A stretch of 64,000 bases of DNA from an uncultured Pseudomonadota bacterium (GTDB lineage Bacteria; Vulcanimicrobiota; Vulcanimicrobiia; Eremiobacterales; Eremiobacteraceae), in assembly GCA_963781145.1 (NCBI GenBank), contig CAWADW010000005.1:504423-568422 (forward strand), read 5' to 3'. Numbering within the stretch: the stretch's first letter is position 1; each line of letters starts with the position of its first letter. The position numbers and the translations under genes were made by a program. Under the pieces are notes generated by a model that did no database searches, had not been told where the DNA came from, and saw only the letters and a list, made by a program, of their open reading frames with translations. Shown here in pieces: positions 1 to 9,812 of the stretch.

Positions 1-758
1 ATAACGTTTGCATGGCACAACGTCACCGCCGTGTCTTCAGCGGTGTACAAATCGGTGCTGCTCTCGCTCGCGGCTTCTAGCAACACGACGTGACAGTTGG
101 GACAAATTGCCGACACCATGTCGAGATCGAGTGATTCCTCTGCCTCCCAGCCTCCCGTTGCGTCGGTACCCGGCAAGGGTGATATACTCCCAGATTCATT
201 GATCTTCAAGAAGCAGCCGTTGGCGGTCGTGCAAGCCGGTAGCGCGAAGGTTGTTCGGTAGACACTTAAGTCGCTCTCTGCTTTGGGATCATCGAAGGCG
301 TCGACAACGGCCACGGTTTGCGAGCCGCCGTTTGCGCTTGCAGCCGAAGTCAGATTGTAGGCCGACTGCAGGTCCGCCGGAGCATAACCCGCGGGACCGG
401 AGATCAACGGCCGTGCAATGTCAGTGCGGATCCAAGCCATGCAGCGCATTCGACCGGTTGCCAAACTTGGGCATACGCGTGCTGCAGGGCCGTTCCCGAT
501 GCGTGCGGGGATGCGAGCCACCGCGCGCACCAGCGCGGCACCCAAGAATGTCGCGCTGTGCCGCGCGGCTGAGCAGGCGGCTGGCGAAGGTGACGGAGCT
601 ACTGTCGGTGTCTGTGTGGGCGTCGGCGATGCTTGCGCGCCCTGCGGCGGCGCCGGCATTGCTGCCCCGCTCCCACCGCCTCCGCCGCACGCGACCGCGG
701 TCGCCGAGAGCAATGCAGCGAGCCAAAGCATGCAGACGATACGGTGCCGATGGAGCAC
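1..758 (-). CDS. peptidase S53 (sedolisin/kumamolisin-like) family protein, N-terminal part; the gene runs off the window start and is not in the ORF track
   Basis: A minus-strand frame open from about 758 to position 1 encodes a signal peptide (..HRHRIVCMLWLAALLSATAVAC), a Pro/Thr/Ala linker, then YAPADLQSAYNL, GGSQTVAVVDAFDDP, FALPACTTANGCF and GGWEAEESLDLDMVSAICPNCHVVLLEAAS. These are typical of the start of the S53/S8 catalytic domain. The start is either GTG near 758 or ATG at 731. Confidence 0.5.
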   Translation of the reverse strand, partial: MLHRHRIVCMLWLAALLSATAVACGGGGGSGAAMPAPPQGAQASPTPTQTPTVAPSPSPAACSAARHSATFLGAALVRAVARIPARIGNGPAARVCPSLATGRMRCMAWIRTDIARPLISGPAGYAPADLQSAYNLTSAASANGGSQTVAVVDAFDDPKAESDLSVYRTTFALPACTTANGCFLKINESGSISPLPGTDATGGWEAEESLDLDMVSAICPNCHVVLLEAASESSTDLYTAEDTAVTLCHANV

Positions 759-900
759 GTTTCCACAACTGCGATAAAGCACGATTCTCACCCGATCCCT
801 GTTTCAACATTATCGGGTGATTATCGCCTCAGTGTTTTGTGTTTGAACTCACAAAAGCGTTGCTCGTTGTTCCCACGGCACAAAGGCTCTTTGGTCGGTC

Positions 901-1449
901 CTATTTTTGAACGCGACCCAGCATAAATTCGTAGACATTCAGACAGCAAGGGCGCCGCTTTCCCGAGGAAAGCTGTTCGACGGTCCGTCTGACCCGGCGG
1001 GCTCTTGTCTGCGGCGTCTTTGCCGAATCGATCCAGCGGATGAAATCCCGACGACCCATGGGCGTGAGGTCCTGCCACAACGTCTTCGCCTCGTGGGAAG
1101 CGGTCAGGGCGACCCGAAGATCGGCGGGGACTGTCGGTGCAGGCTCTGGCCCCAAAATAGCCAGTTTCACCGTGTCGCCCGCGTCGGCGTCAGCGCCGTA
1201 GCGCATGGCGTTGTTCACACGCAGTGAGTGGCCTCCGAGCGTGTTGGATTCGAGTGCCGATCGAAAAGGATGACCATTTATGGTGCCTTCGACCTTGGTC
1301 AGGCCGCGCAGTTTCTTACTGACCACTTTCGGGACGTTGAGTAGACCCCAGGAATCCGTCTTCGCCGCTCTGGAATGTCGAACGAGCCGGGCCTTGAAGC
1401 GAAAGACTAATGGACCGCCGCCCTTGTTCTTATGGTTTGGCAGCAGCAA
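901..1449 (-). CDS. YdeI/OmpD-associated family protein (DUF1905 + OmdA-type C-terminal domain)
   Basis: DUF1905-like N-terminus (VFRFKA..W..L.VP..V..KL...G..KVEGTINGHPF...L....GG) and a C-terminal DFIRWIDSAKTPQTRARRV motif. Confidence 0.6.
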   Translation of the reverse strand: MLLPNHKNKGGGPLVFRFKARLVRHSRAAKTDSWGLLNVPKVVSKKLRGLTKVEGTINGHPFRSALESNTLGGHSLRVNNAMRYGADADAGDTVKLAILGPEPAPTVPADLRVALTASHEAKTLWQDLTPMGRRDFIRWIDSAKTPQTRARRVRRTVEQLSSGKRRPCCLNVYEFMLGRVQK

Positions 1450-2203
1450 GCATCACCTCGTCGGCGTCTCGGAGAAGCACGTCAATGGACTCAAAACCGG
1501 CATTTCTCAAAACCCGGACCCAACCCGATACCGGCATCTCATCGTCTATCAAATGCGAATCTCGCGAGCCCAAGAGCTTCGTGTGATCGTAACCAAGAAT
1601 TTCGTTCGCCCGGCTCCAGAACCGTTCCCAGTTCTCTCGGCTGTAACGGCTCGGCTGCCGCGACTTCCACTCGGCGAATCCGGCGGCGAACGTCGGCTCG
1701 CTGCTGGTAGGCTCGACGAACAAAAACACACCGCCGGGGCGGAGCAGTCGGAACACATCTTCGAATACTTCACAAACGCGTCGCGCGTCGAGCCAATGAA
1801 ATGCGTTCGCCGTAGCGACCACATCGTAGTCACGTTGCAAGCCGCTGCACCAATCAGCGTCCCACAAGTCGCGTACGAAACTCTGACCTGAAACGCCTTC
1901 GCGCCGATTCGTCGCTATGCATATCGAGATCAGGAACACGTCGCGATCGACGCAATCGATCCGTGACTTAGGATAGCGCGCGTGAACGGCTCGCCCGACG
2001 TCCCCAGGACCGCAACACAAATCCAGAACACGAAGAGTCGCGTCTTTGGAAAAGGGAATCGCCGCGGCCATGAGGTCGAGGTCACGGCGCTTCTCGGCGC
2101 CTTGCTCGGTCCGCCACAGGTCCAACAACTCGTCGAGATTCTCATTGCTGAGCTTCTTCTCGATCTGACTCTGCGTAAGCGACATCGAAACACCCTTATT
2201 CAT
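1430..2203 (-). CDS. class I SAM-dependent methyltransferase
   Basis: Motif I VLDLCCGPGD and post-I/II motifs (DYDVVATANAFHWL, LLRPGGVFLF). Confidence 0.7.
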   Translation of the reverse strand: MNKGVSMSLTQSQIEKKLSNENLDELLDLWRTEQGAEKRRDLDLMAAAIPFSKDATLRVLDLCCGPGDVGRAVHARYPKSRIDCVDRDVFLISICIATNRREGVSGQSFVRDLWDADWCSGLQRDYDVVATANAFHWLDARRVCEVFEDVFRLLRPGGVFLFVEPTSSEPTFAAGFAEWKSRQPSRYSRENWERFWSRANEILGYDHTKLLGSRDSHLIDDEMPVSGWVRVLRNAGFESIDVLLRDADEVMLAAAKP

Positions 2204-2319
2204 GCGAGGCGTGAAATCTCGGTCCGATCATCTCTCAGTATTTGTTAAGACAAATCACGCGTAATATGGTTGCTGAACTCGAGCGAGCTGCGCTTCGGTG
2301 TTCGAAGTCGTGCGCCATG

Positions 2320-3369
2320 CTACGGGTGAACAGTAGGTGAACCAACCGGAGAAGGACTTTGGATTTCTTTTACATGCATCTGCACGCCGGCAAGCATGTC
2401 GTTCCATGCTCGCGCAAGCGCGGGCTCGAGACTATCAAGAGAGTGTACCCCGCCGCGCTGTTCGTAATAGTGTGCCTCGACACCACTCGAGTTTAAGTAC
2501 GACACTGTGCCTTGGACATACTGGGCGTTGACCAGCGGATCGTCGCTCCCGATCACGAGGAATGCAGGCTTCATTTGCATAGCTCGGACATATGCGTCTT
2601 TATCGTCATTTCTGAGCGACCCGGCCACGCTGAGCACCGCGGCCCACGCCTGCGAGTTTGATGGCGCAAACGCGAAGGCGTTGAACGCTCCCATCGAAAC
2701 CCCGCCAAGGTACGTATGGCGACGATCGATTCGATAGTTTGCTTGTGCGAATGCGAGCGCATCGGCCAGATCGCTCGTGCTGAGAGAGTTGACGGGCGAG
2801 TCGCCGCGCAGCCAGGGCGCTACAATAACCACGCCGCTCGCATCCGCAAGCTTTCGAAGCACGGGCTGAGAAAGCAACTCCGTCTCCGTTTGCTGTAAAC
2901 CGTGAAGCATGACGATCAATGGGGCTGATTTCTCAAAAGCGTAGCTGGGCGGCAAATAGATTGCGAGCGGTTGTAGCGTTTTATCGGAGCTTGAACCCAC
3001 CAAATCCAATCCAGCGCTGCCGGCCTGTTGAAACGCTTGTAGCGCTTTCGTGCTAATCAGCTGGTCGACGAGGTTAGTGTCCAGCGCAACTCGGACGTCG
3101 AGCCGCTCCATTTCGGCCGCATCTGAACGATCGGCCTGCGTCACTTCCGCCTGATCGGAATCCAGTCGCGCGACGATCTGATCCGCAAAACCCGTTTGCG
3201 ACGCAATGCGGGCAAAGTTTGACAAGGCGCGCGCGCGCGCGGCGGAGAGCTGCGCTTGCAGTGCTGCAACGCCGGCGGCGGGCGGATTTGCAGCCGCGCA
3301 CAGGGCCGTGATGGCGATCGCCGCCAAGGCTATTCGAGCGATCCATAATTTCGGCCAGTGTTTTAACAT
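2320..3369 (-). CDS. secreted alpha/beta-hydrolase esterase (PHB-depolymerase/esterase-like)
   Basis: N-terminal signal peptide (MLKHWPKLWIARIALAAIAITALCAA) starting at an internal ATG of ORF 2320..3696. GGVSMGA nucleophile elbow (GxSxG) and LHGLQQTE / VIGSDDPLV blocks. Confidence 0.6.
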   Translation of the reverse strand: MLKHWPKLWIARIALAAIAITALCAAANPPAAGVAALQAQLSAARARALSNFARIASQTGFADQIVARLDSDQAEVTQADRSDAAEMERLDVRVALDTNLVDQLISTKALQAFQQAGSAGLDLVGSSSDKTLQPLAIYLPPSYAFEKSAPLIVMLHGLQQTETELLSQPVLRKLADASGVVIVAPWLRGDSPVNSLSTSDLADALAFAQANYRIDRRHTYLGGVSMGAFNAFAFAPSNSQAWAAVLSVAGSLRNDDKDAYVRAMQMKPAFLVIGSDDPLVNAQYVQGTVSYLNSSGVEAHYYEQRGGVHSLDSLEPALARAWNDMLAGVQMHVKEIQSPSPVGSPTVHP

Positions 3370-3498
3370 GAAATGTGTCGTGCTTATGGACCGTCTGCAC
3401 ACGGACCTGTGTTGTAACAACAAGAAGTTTGCAATAGCGGTAAGCACCGCTGCTTTAGGAACCGTGCGTTTGTGCAATTTCCAAGAGGACCAATAAGA

Positions 3499-3852
3499 AT
3501 GATTCATACTACGAAGCTCGACCTGTTCGCAGGAATCCCACTCACCGACTACGCGGCCGCGCTGAAGTGGTTCGAACGGCTGCTGGGCTCCCCACCCACA
3601 TTCTTTCGACGCGACACAGAGGCAGTGTGGGAGCTTGCAGAGCATCGGTATGTGTACATTGTGCAGCAGCCGGAGCACGCCGGCCACGCCATGCACACGA
3701 TCTTCGTCGATGACCTCGACGCGGTCGCCGCGCTGATAGCCGATCGGGAACTCGACTCTGTGAAGCGGGAAACTTACTCGAACAGCGCGCGCAAAACCAC
3801 GTACCGCGATCCCGACGGAAACGAGATCGGGTTCGGAGGCGCTCCGCTATGA
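3499..3852 (+). CDS. VOC (glyoxalase/bleomycin-resistance fold) family protein
   Basis: ORF 3472..3852 with a likely start at MIHTTK, preceded by AAGAGGA. VOC-like beta-alpha-beta content. Confidence 0.55.
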   Translation: MIHTTKLDLFAGIPLTDYAAALKWFERLLGSPPTFFRRDTEAVWELAEHRYVYIVQQPEHAGHAMHTIFVDDLDAVAALIADRELDSVKRETYSNSARKTTYRDPDGNEIGFGGAPL

Positions 3853-4226
3853 TAGACCACGTTATTCTCACAGTCACTGATTTCGAGCGTTCAGTCGCTT
3901 TTTACGCCATGGCCCTGAAGCCACTTGGGATCACAAACTTTATAGATTACGAAGGCCAAGACGGACACCCAGATTTGAAGGGTTTTGGTGACGGCAAAAG
4001 AGCTTTTTTCTGGCTCAAAGAAGGAAAGCCCGATCCCCAAGCGGTGCATGTTGGATTTGTGGCGAAAGACCATGCTGAGGTAGATGCATTCTACAAAGCG
4101 GCTGTGAACGCCGGAGGCAAGAGCAAAGAATCACCTCAAGCTCGGCCCGAATACTATCCTGGCTATTATGCGACGTGGGTGTTCGATCCCGACGGCCACG
4201 ATATCGAGGTCGTTCATAAAAGCTAA
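3849..4226 (+). CDS. VOC family protein (glyoxalase-like)
   Basis: MIDHVILTVTDFERSVAFY... and ...YYATWVFDPDGHDIEVV, typical of VOC/glyoxalase I-like proteins. Overlaps the upstream VOC gene by ATGA. Confidence 0.7.
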   Translation: MIDHVILTVTDFERSVAFYAMALKPLGITNFIDYEGQDGHPDLKGFGDGKRAFFWLKEGKPDPQAVHVGFVAKDHAEVDAFYKAAVNAGGKSKESPQARPEYYPGYYATWVFDPDGHDIEVVHKS

Positions 4227-4345
4227 ATTGGTCCGTCTCTCTTAGCCACCATAAAAACAGGTGATCAACATCAGCGGACGTTTGAGGCACCGTTTTTCCG
4301 TTGTTGAGATCGTAATCATACCATGCGTGGGCGCAAAAAACAGTG

Positions 4346-5053
4346 CTAGCGTGTCGCGGCTGCGACCTTCGGAGACTTCGCCGCCGTTTCGATGAGGTTT
4401 GCCACCGCGCGCGGATTGGATACGTAGATCGCGTGGTTCCCGCCGACTTGAGTCGACGTCGAGCCCGCGCGTGTGCACATAAATTGTTGCGCGGGCAGCG
4501 GGATCATTTTGTCGTCTGAGACGAGCAGGTACCAACTTGGTTTGTGCTTCCAGGCCGGGTCGGTGATCTCAGCGCTGAGCGCGTCCACACCCCACGGGAC
4601 CTGCGAATTGGCCATGAAGTTGGCGAGCTCTGGATCTACATCGCCTGCGAACGAAGCGGCGAATTTGCTCTTGTCGAGGAAAAGAAATCCGTTCTCGGGC
4701 GGCAAGAGCGGCGGCACTGGTGCGCCGGGCGGCGGATTTGCAATCAGCGTGTTCACCGACTCACCTTTGTCCGGCGCGAATGCCGTTATGTAGACGAGAG
4801 CATCGACCTTCGGATGGGTGCCCACTTGGGTGATGATCGCGCCTCCGTAGGAGTGACCGACCAGTACCACAGGACCCGGCTGCTCATCGAGCACAATATT
4901 TGTTGCGTCGACGTCGCCTGCAAGGGAAATCGTAGGATTCTGTACGACGCTTACGTTGTAGCCACTTTGTTTCAGTATTTTGTAGACGCCGAGCCAGCCG
5001 GAACCGTCTACAAACCCGCCGTGGACCAGGACGATGTTGTTGATCTTGTCCAT
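4346..5053 (-). CDS. alpha/beta fold hydrolase
   Basis: IVLVHGGF, the nucleophile elbow LVGHSYGG, and a downstream His-containing C-terminus. About 235 aa, typical of small esterases. Confidence 0.7.
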   Translation of the reverse strand: MDKINNIVLVHGGFVDGSGWLGVYKILKQSGYNVSVVQNPTISLAGDVDATNIVLDEQPGPVVLVGHSYGGAIITQVGTHPKVDALVYITAFAPDKGESVNTLIANPPPGAPVPPLLPPENGFLFLDKSKFAASFAGDVDPELANFMANSQVPWGVDALSAEITDPAWKHKPSWYLLVSDDKMIPLPAQQFMCTRAGSTSTQVGGNHAIYVSNPRAVANLIETAAKSPKVAAATR

Positions 5054-5501
5054 TGCTAACTCCAGTCTGCGCTACTGCGCGAGGATGTTCGCGCACGCCC
5101 ATTTTCCTGCTTGAATCGGAGCTGATACGGATCGTGTACGTGGGTCTTAGCTATCCCAGCCACACCTTTGAAAGCCTGGGAGAATAGAATAATACGCCCT
5201 GCGCCGGGAGCCGTCAAGACGAACGTCAATGTGATGATTGCGCGCCAGGTTTAGGGTTCAGGTGTCAAAACCGAATGATTTCATTAGGCGGACGCTCGCG
5301 CTGCGAGATTTCGAACTGGTGTGTGCGGTTCGATTGAGAATCTACTGTTCGCGCACTCAAAGGTGAATTATCCACCCAGCAGCGCTCTCTGATTGGTGGG
5401 AACGGTCCGGCAACAATCATTCTTGCGTCACTTAGTCGCCGCGACGACGACGTCGCGATAAAGACATAAGAGCGACCTCCTCGTCCATTTGAGGATGTGT
5501 C

Positions 5502-5872
5502 GTGATTGAAGCAATCTCTCGTAAGTGGTGGCTGTTCTTGCTACGTGGCTTGTTGGCCATCGGCTTCGCGGTCATCGCGTTCTTACACCCCAGCTCGGCG
5601 CTTCTCACGTTGGTGCTTGTGCTAGGCGCGCATTCTTTTCTAGTTGGCATACTTGCAATTGCCGCGTCCGCAACTGGTATTGCCGGCGAGTTTGGTTCCT
5701 TCTTCAGCTCTTCAGCATCGGCTCCATCACGACGGCCCCGGCGCAGACGGGCGGCGTCGCGTACTTGGCTCATGTTGGCGGCTTCATATTCGGAGCTGTG
5801 ACTTGTCGCCTATTTGAGGATCCCAGACGAATCGCGCGCCAGCCAGTTACTGAAGGTGATTCGCTTCTATGA
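5502..5872 (+). pseudogene. gene remnant: DUF308/HdeD-like membrane N-terminus, frameshifted into a rhomboid-like C-terminal segment
   Basis: Frame 0 gives MIEAISRKWWLFLLRGLLAIGFAVIAF..., which is DUF308/HdeD-like. It turns nonsensical near 5700. Frame +2 then reads ...TGGVAYLAHVGGFIFGAV..., which resembles the catalytic-His helix of rhomboid proteases. Confidence 0.3.
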
Positions 5873-5875
5873 TTA

Positions 5876-6700
5876 TCAGAGAGCTGGCCGGCGCGCCCAT
5901 GTTTCGATGATACGGGGCCCGCTTAGCACTGTATTTGGATCGCGAGCAAAATCGTACAACTCGACCAGGATCCCCTCGACGTCGGCGCGCGACGCGACGC
6001 CTTCAGCGATCACCGCCTCCGCTATGTTCTCCAGCGTGATTGGGCTGATCAGCTTTGTGTCGCCGCTCATTCCCGCGTGCTGAACGACGCTCAGGTGGAT
6101 GTTCTCGAAGCCTGCCTCGGACAGTAGTTCCGCCAAGCGCAGACCTATGTCAGCGTCGCCGTTTCGTCGCTTAAGCGTTTCCGTGTAGAGCTTGACGTAG
6201 CGCTGGACAGCCGGGCTTTCGGGGTGAGAAAATAGTCCGTGAAAGTTTGTGTCGGCAACAACGACGATTCCACCGGGCTTGAGGGCCCCTCGGATCTTTG
6301 TCAGCGCTTCTTTTGGGTTCCGCAGATGCGTGAGAACAAACCTCGCGTGGGCGACGTCGAATTCCTCACCGAGTACGCAATTCTCGAGGTTAGCGACTCG
6401 AAAATCCACGTTTGAGACGTGCTGAGTTGCGGCTTCGTCGCGCGCGATGTCGATCTTGACTTCGTCGAGATCGATTGCGACGACCCTTCCGTTCGGCGCC
6501 ACGAGGCGCGCGAGCTCGACTGATACATCGCCGCCTCCACAACCAACGTCTAAGCATATCATCCCGGGCCTAATGCCAGCACGTCGGAGCAGGTTCAACG
6601 TCGAAAGCTGGTGGATGCCGGCGAGGACGCGCAGCCTTTCTCTTCCTGCAGCTCCGCCGCGGATGATATATGAGGTCTCGCTGGTTTCTGACCTATGCAA
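5876..6700 (-). CDS. class I SAM-dependent methyltransferase
   Basis: MICLDVGCGGGDVSVELA motif I, VVAIDLD, and LKPGGIVVVAD. The probable start is TTG at 6698-6700, preceded by AAGGA and avoiding overlap with the S10 peptidase gene. The ORF-track start is 6778. Confidence 0.65.
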   Translation of the reverse strand: MHRSETSETSYIIRGGAAGRERLRVLAGIHQLSTLNLLRRAGIRPGMICLDVGCGGGDVSVELARLVAPNGRVVAIDLDEVKIDIARDEAATQHVSNVDFRVANLENCVLGEEFDVAHARFVLTHLRNPKEALTKIRGALKPGGIVVVADTNFHGLFSHPESPAVQRYVKLYTETLKRRNGDADIGLRLAELLSEAGFENIHLSVVQHAGMSGDTKLISPITLENIAEAVIAEGVASRADVEGILVELYDFARDPNTVLSGPRIIETWARRPAL

Positions 6701-6735
6701 CGCCGCATCCTTCTGACGACTTGAGCAAGCGCCCG

Positions 6736-8304
6736 CTAACTTTTTGTCGGCACCCGAGTGAGAACGGAGTCGTACCACCGTTCGAGGTCACTTCGGAAAA
6801 CGGCAAGCGCCTCTGCGTGCGCGTAGACCATGTGGCCCGATTGGTAGAATCCGTACGTGATGTGCGACTGCAACGCCGACGGCAAGTTTAGGTGGTTGAG
6901 TGTGTACACAGTGGCAAAATATGGTGTAGCAAAATCGAAGTAACCGTTGGCCGAGAACACTCGCAGGTACGGGTTCTTCGTCATCGCATCCGCGAGATCG
7001 GGGGCGACATTGGTTGGTTCCACTCCATTGTGCTTCCAGTCCCACGGCCTCGTCGCGCTGTAGTTCGTTGGTAAGTAGGGAATCCCGGCATTGTAGTGCA
7101 GATCCGCGCTGATATATTGATTGAAGGTTGCGGTGTATGCATCTCCAATCGCGACATCGGCTGGGTCCCAATTCGGCGACTCGCTCACAATATCCAGGCT
7201 GTACGAATAGTAGCGGCTGTCAAGTCTACCGATGATCTTCCCACTCGTGCGCAAGAGCTCGGCCTGGAAGCGATCGTATGGAATGCGAAGGTTCGATTCA
7301 CTAATATACTGCTCGGAGAGCCCAGTGTACGCGTGCAATTTTCGGATGACGTCGTTGCGCTCGGCGCTGCCGAGCATCGCGCCTTTAGTAAGTGCATCGA
7401 GATATTCACCCATTGCGAAGTGCTCGACCTCGGGGAGAAAGCTAGCAAGATCGCGCGTTGCAACCTGATGGTGATACCAGGCAGTGGCCGCTTCAGTAGG
7501 CAGATATAATGGATATGCCCAGTCTCCTCCGCCAATCGACTCGGGCGCATCTTCGATCTGCCAGTCGAGATTAAAATTGAGGATGGTGGACAGCAGCACG
7601 ACGCCGTTGAAGCCAATGCCCTTGTCTTGCAAATAGTCGACCAGCGCCGCCGAACGAGTCGTGCCATAACTCTCGCCGAAGAGGAATTTTGGTGAATTCC
7701 AGCGCTGGTTTTGCGTGATATAGGTCTGAATAAATTGTCCGAAGGCTGCGATGTCTCCATCGACACCAAAGAAGTCCTTCGGCTTCCCGACGCCGATGAT
7801 GCGGCTAAAGCCCGTGGCCGGAGCGTCGACAAAGACTTCGTCTGTCTTGTCGAGCAACGAGAATTGGTTGTCCCCGTAGCGATAGGGCGCCGGCGGAGTG
7901 ACCTGTGCGTCACTCGTTATCACGCGCACGGGGCCAAACGAACCCATGCGCAGCCATACGGTCGAACTGCCCGGTCCCCCGTTGTAAAAGAACGTTACGG
8001 GTCGTGTCGATGCATCCGCATTATCGAGCGTATAGGCGGTGTAAAACATCCTTGCGGTGGGTTCACCCGTCTCGGTCTTTATCGTAATGGTTCCCGCGAG
8101 CGCAGTATACGCAAGGGTCTTACCGTCGAGCACCAGTGCGTGATGGGTGACCGCATCGGCAACCTGAGGAAGCGGGGCGGAGGCCTTCGCTAACCTCTCC
8201 GGTTGTGAAACTGCATCGCTATTGTTGGCGAATGCTGGAGTTAAGGTGTAGCCTATGAGGAGAAGGCCGATCAGCAAAAATATCCGCTTCAATGTCAACT
8301 CCAT
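6736..8304 (-). CDS. peptidase S10 family (serine carboxypeptidase-like), secreted
   Basis: Signal peptide MELTLKRIFLLIGLLLIGYTLTPAFA. S10 hallmarks FFYNGGPGSST, FLFGESYGT (catalytic Ser) and a 520-aa length. Confidence 0.7.
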   Translation of the reverse strand: MELTLKRIFLLIGLLLIGYTLTPAFANNSDAVSQPERLAKASAPLPQVADAVTHHALVLDGKTLAYTALAGTITIKTETGEPTARMFYTAYTLDNADASTRPVTFFYNGGPGSSTVWLRMGSFGPVRVITSDAQVTPPAPYRYGDNQFSLLDKTDEVFVDAPATGFSRIIGVGKPKDFFGVDGDIAAFGQFIQTYITQNQRWNSPKFLFGESYGTTRSAALVDYLQDKGIGFNGVVLLSTILNFNLDWQIEDAPESIGGGDWAYPLYLPTEAATAWYHHQVATRDLASFLPEVEHFAMGEYLDALTKGAMLGSAERNDVIRKLHAYTGLSEQYISESNLRIPYDRFQAELLRTSGKIIGRLDSRYYSYSLDIVSESPNWDPADVAIGDAYTATFNQYISADLHYNAGIPYLPTNYSATRPWDWKHNGVEPTNVAPDLADAMTKNPYLRVFSANGYFDFATPYFATVYTLNHLNLPSALQSHITYGFYQSGHMVYAHAEALAVFRSDLERWYDSVLTRVPTKS

Positions 8305-8618
8305 GCTTCAGCGCATACCACTGAACTCTGACCTGCGGCCCTAAAGCGCGATTCGAAAACGTCCGGTGCGAAATTGGAAACGTCCGGCGTTTATTCACGT
8401 ACGCCTCGATCCCATACCTGTTAATTGTTGAAGTGGATCGCGCGATAAGGTGTATCAATTTGTGTGCTTTTTACGCGGTTCCGCCGAGAGCCACGGGCCA
8501 AGGGAACGAACGCAGAAATGATATTTAAGCGATCAAGTACGCGAAAAGCATTTTTTGGCATATTGGATGCTGGACGCAGATCGCCGGCGTGCGCCGCGGT
8601 GACGTGGGTGAGGCGAGC

Positions 8619-9512
8619 CTATCGCGTGCCGGTAGTTCGCGGGGGAACGGATCGCAGATATTTGATCAGCGCGGCCATCTCGGTGTCCGTCATTGTGGCT
8701 GTATACTCCCACGGCATGAATTTGTTGATCGTCGTGCCGCCGGGCCGCTTGCCCACACGAAGGGCCCGCACGATGTCCGCGTCGCTCCATTGGCCGATGC
8801 CCGTCGGCGTTATGTTCTGGGGAGACGGGAAGTCCGGTGGTACGCCTGGCAGGGGCCCTCCGGAAAGCCCGGCGCCATGACAGCCGATGCATCCCCCAAC
8901 CTGGGCCATGTAGTGGCCGTAATCTACCGTGTCGGCGGGGGGCATCGCTGCGACTCGCGTCATCGAGTGGTCGATGGATGCCGCATCTGGCATCGGTAGC
9001 TGACCTAGCGCCAGAAGGATGCGACCTAATGGGCGGAGATCGTTCCCCGGCAAGTGGCTGTCTACGGGCGGGAGGCTCTTGATGTAGGCGATGATGTCAG
9101 ACAGATCGGCATTAGAGAGGTAGGTGAAAGCTGCCGACGGCATTACAAGCAGTGCGTGGCCGTCAGGTGCAACACCATCACGGATCGCACGCGCGTAATC
9201 AGCGTCGCTGAACGTCGAGCCAACACCGCCCCTGCCGCGCGTCAGATTCGGTGCGACGAGCCGGAATGGCGGCACATCAAGGAAGACCTTTCCGTTGAGC
9301 CCTTGGCCATGGCACTCGAGACACTTGGTGATCGAAAACGCCAGGTGTTCGCCGCGGGCGATGCTTGCCGGGTCACTCGGAATCACCAGCGCAGGCGTGG
9401 CAATGGTGTACTTCTGGTTCAGCTTCATCGTGCCGATCAGATACAACCCGCCAATACTGACGCCAACGATAATGACCAGCGCTAGCACGATCCGTAACGC
9501 CCAACGCATCAA
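8619..9512 (-). CDS. diheme c-type cytochrome (membrane-anchored)
   Basis: Two CxxCH heme-binding motifs (CLECH, CIGCH) and an N-terminal transmembrane anchor. Confidence 0.7.
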   Translation of the reverse strand: MMRWALRIVLALVIIVGVSIGGLYLIGTMKLNQKYTIATPALVIPSDPASIARGEHLAFSITKCLECHGQGLNGKVFLDVPPFRLVAPNLTRGRGGVGSTFSDADYARAIRDGVAPDGHALLVMPSAAFTYLSNADLSDIIAYIKSLPPVDSHLPGNDLRPLGRILLALGQLPMPDAASIDHSMTRVAAMPPADTVDYGHYMAQVGGCIGCHGAGLSGGPLPGVPPDFPSPQNITPTGIGQWSDADIVRALRVGKRPGGTTINKFMPWEYTATMTDTEMAALIKYLRSVPPRTTGTR

Positions 9513-9812
9513 AACCCCTCACGCGCCGGCAAGACGGTGCATGCCGGCGGTCTTGCCGCAGCCTTGGTGGCCGCGTGCGCATCGTCCTTGTAACGAACGG
9601 GCAGCGAGCGGTGTGACTCGTGCGGCTGCGAACCTGTCCTGCCAACTCGCCCGTTGTGTCGGGACTTTCGTGCCGCAAGAACGTCTGGCGACCGTGTGAA
9701 ATAGGGGAACGTAGCCCAAACCGCGCAAACAAGTCCCCCGGTGCATAGCTACTTCTACGGCGTCGGCTTTAGCCCGTCGCTTGCGCCGCACTCAAGAGCG
9801 AACCCGGCGAGA

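Noticed and set aside
251-820. Listed ORFs 251..820(+), 318..572(+), 418..777(+) and 421..810(-) at the window start
   Set aside because: Arg/Cys/Trp-rich, non-protein-like translations. The real gene is in a different minus-strand frame (S53 peptidase) that has no stop inside the window.
5290-5312. tRNA-like TTCGAA T-loop motif in the 5054-5500 gap
   Set aside because: No complementary T-stem, acceptor stem or anticodon arm could be built on either strand.
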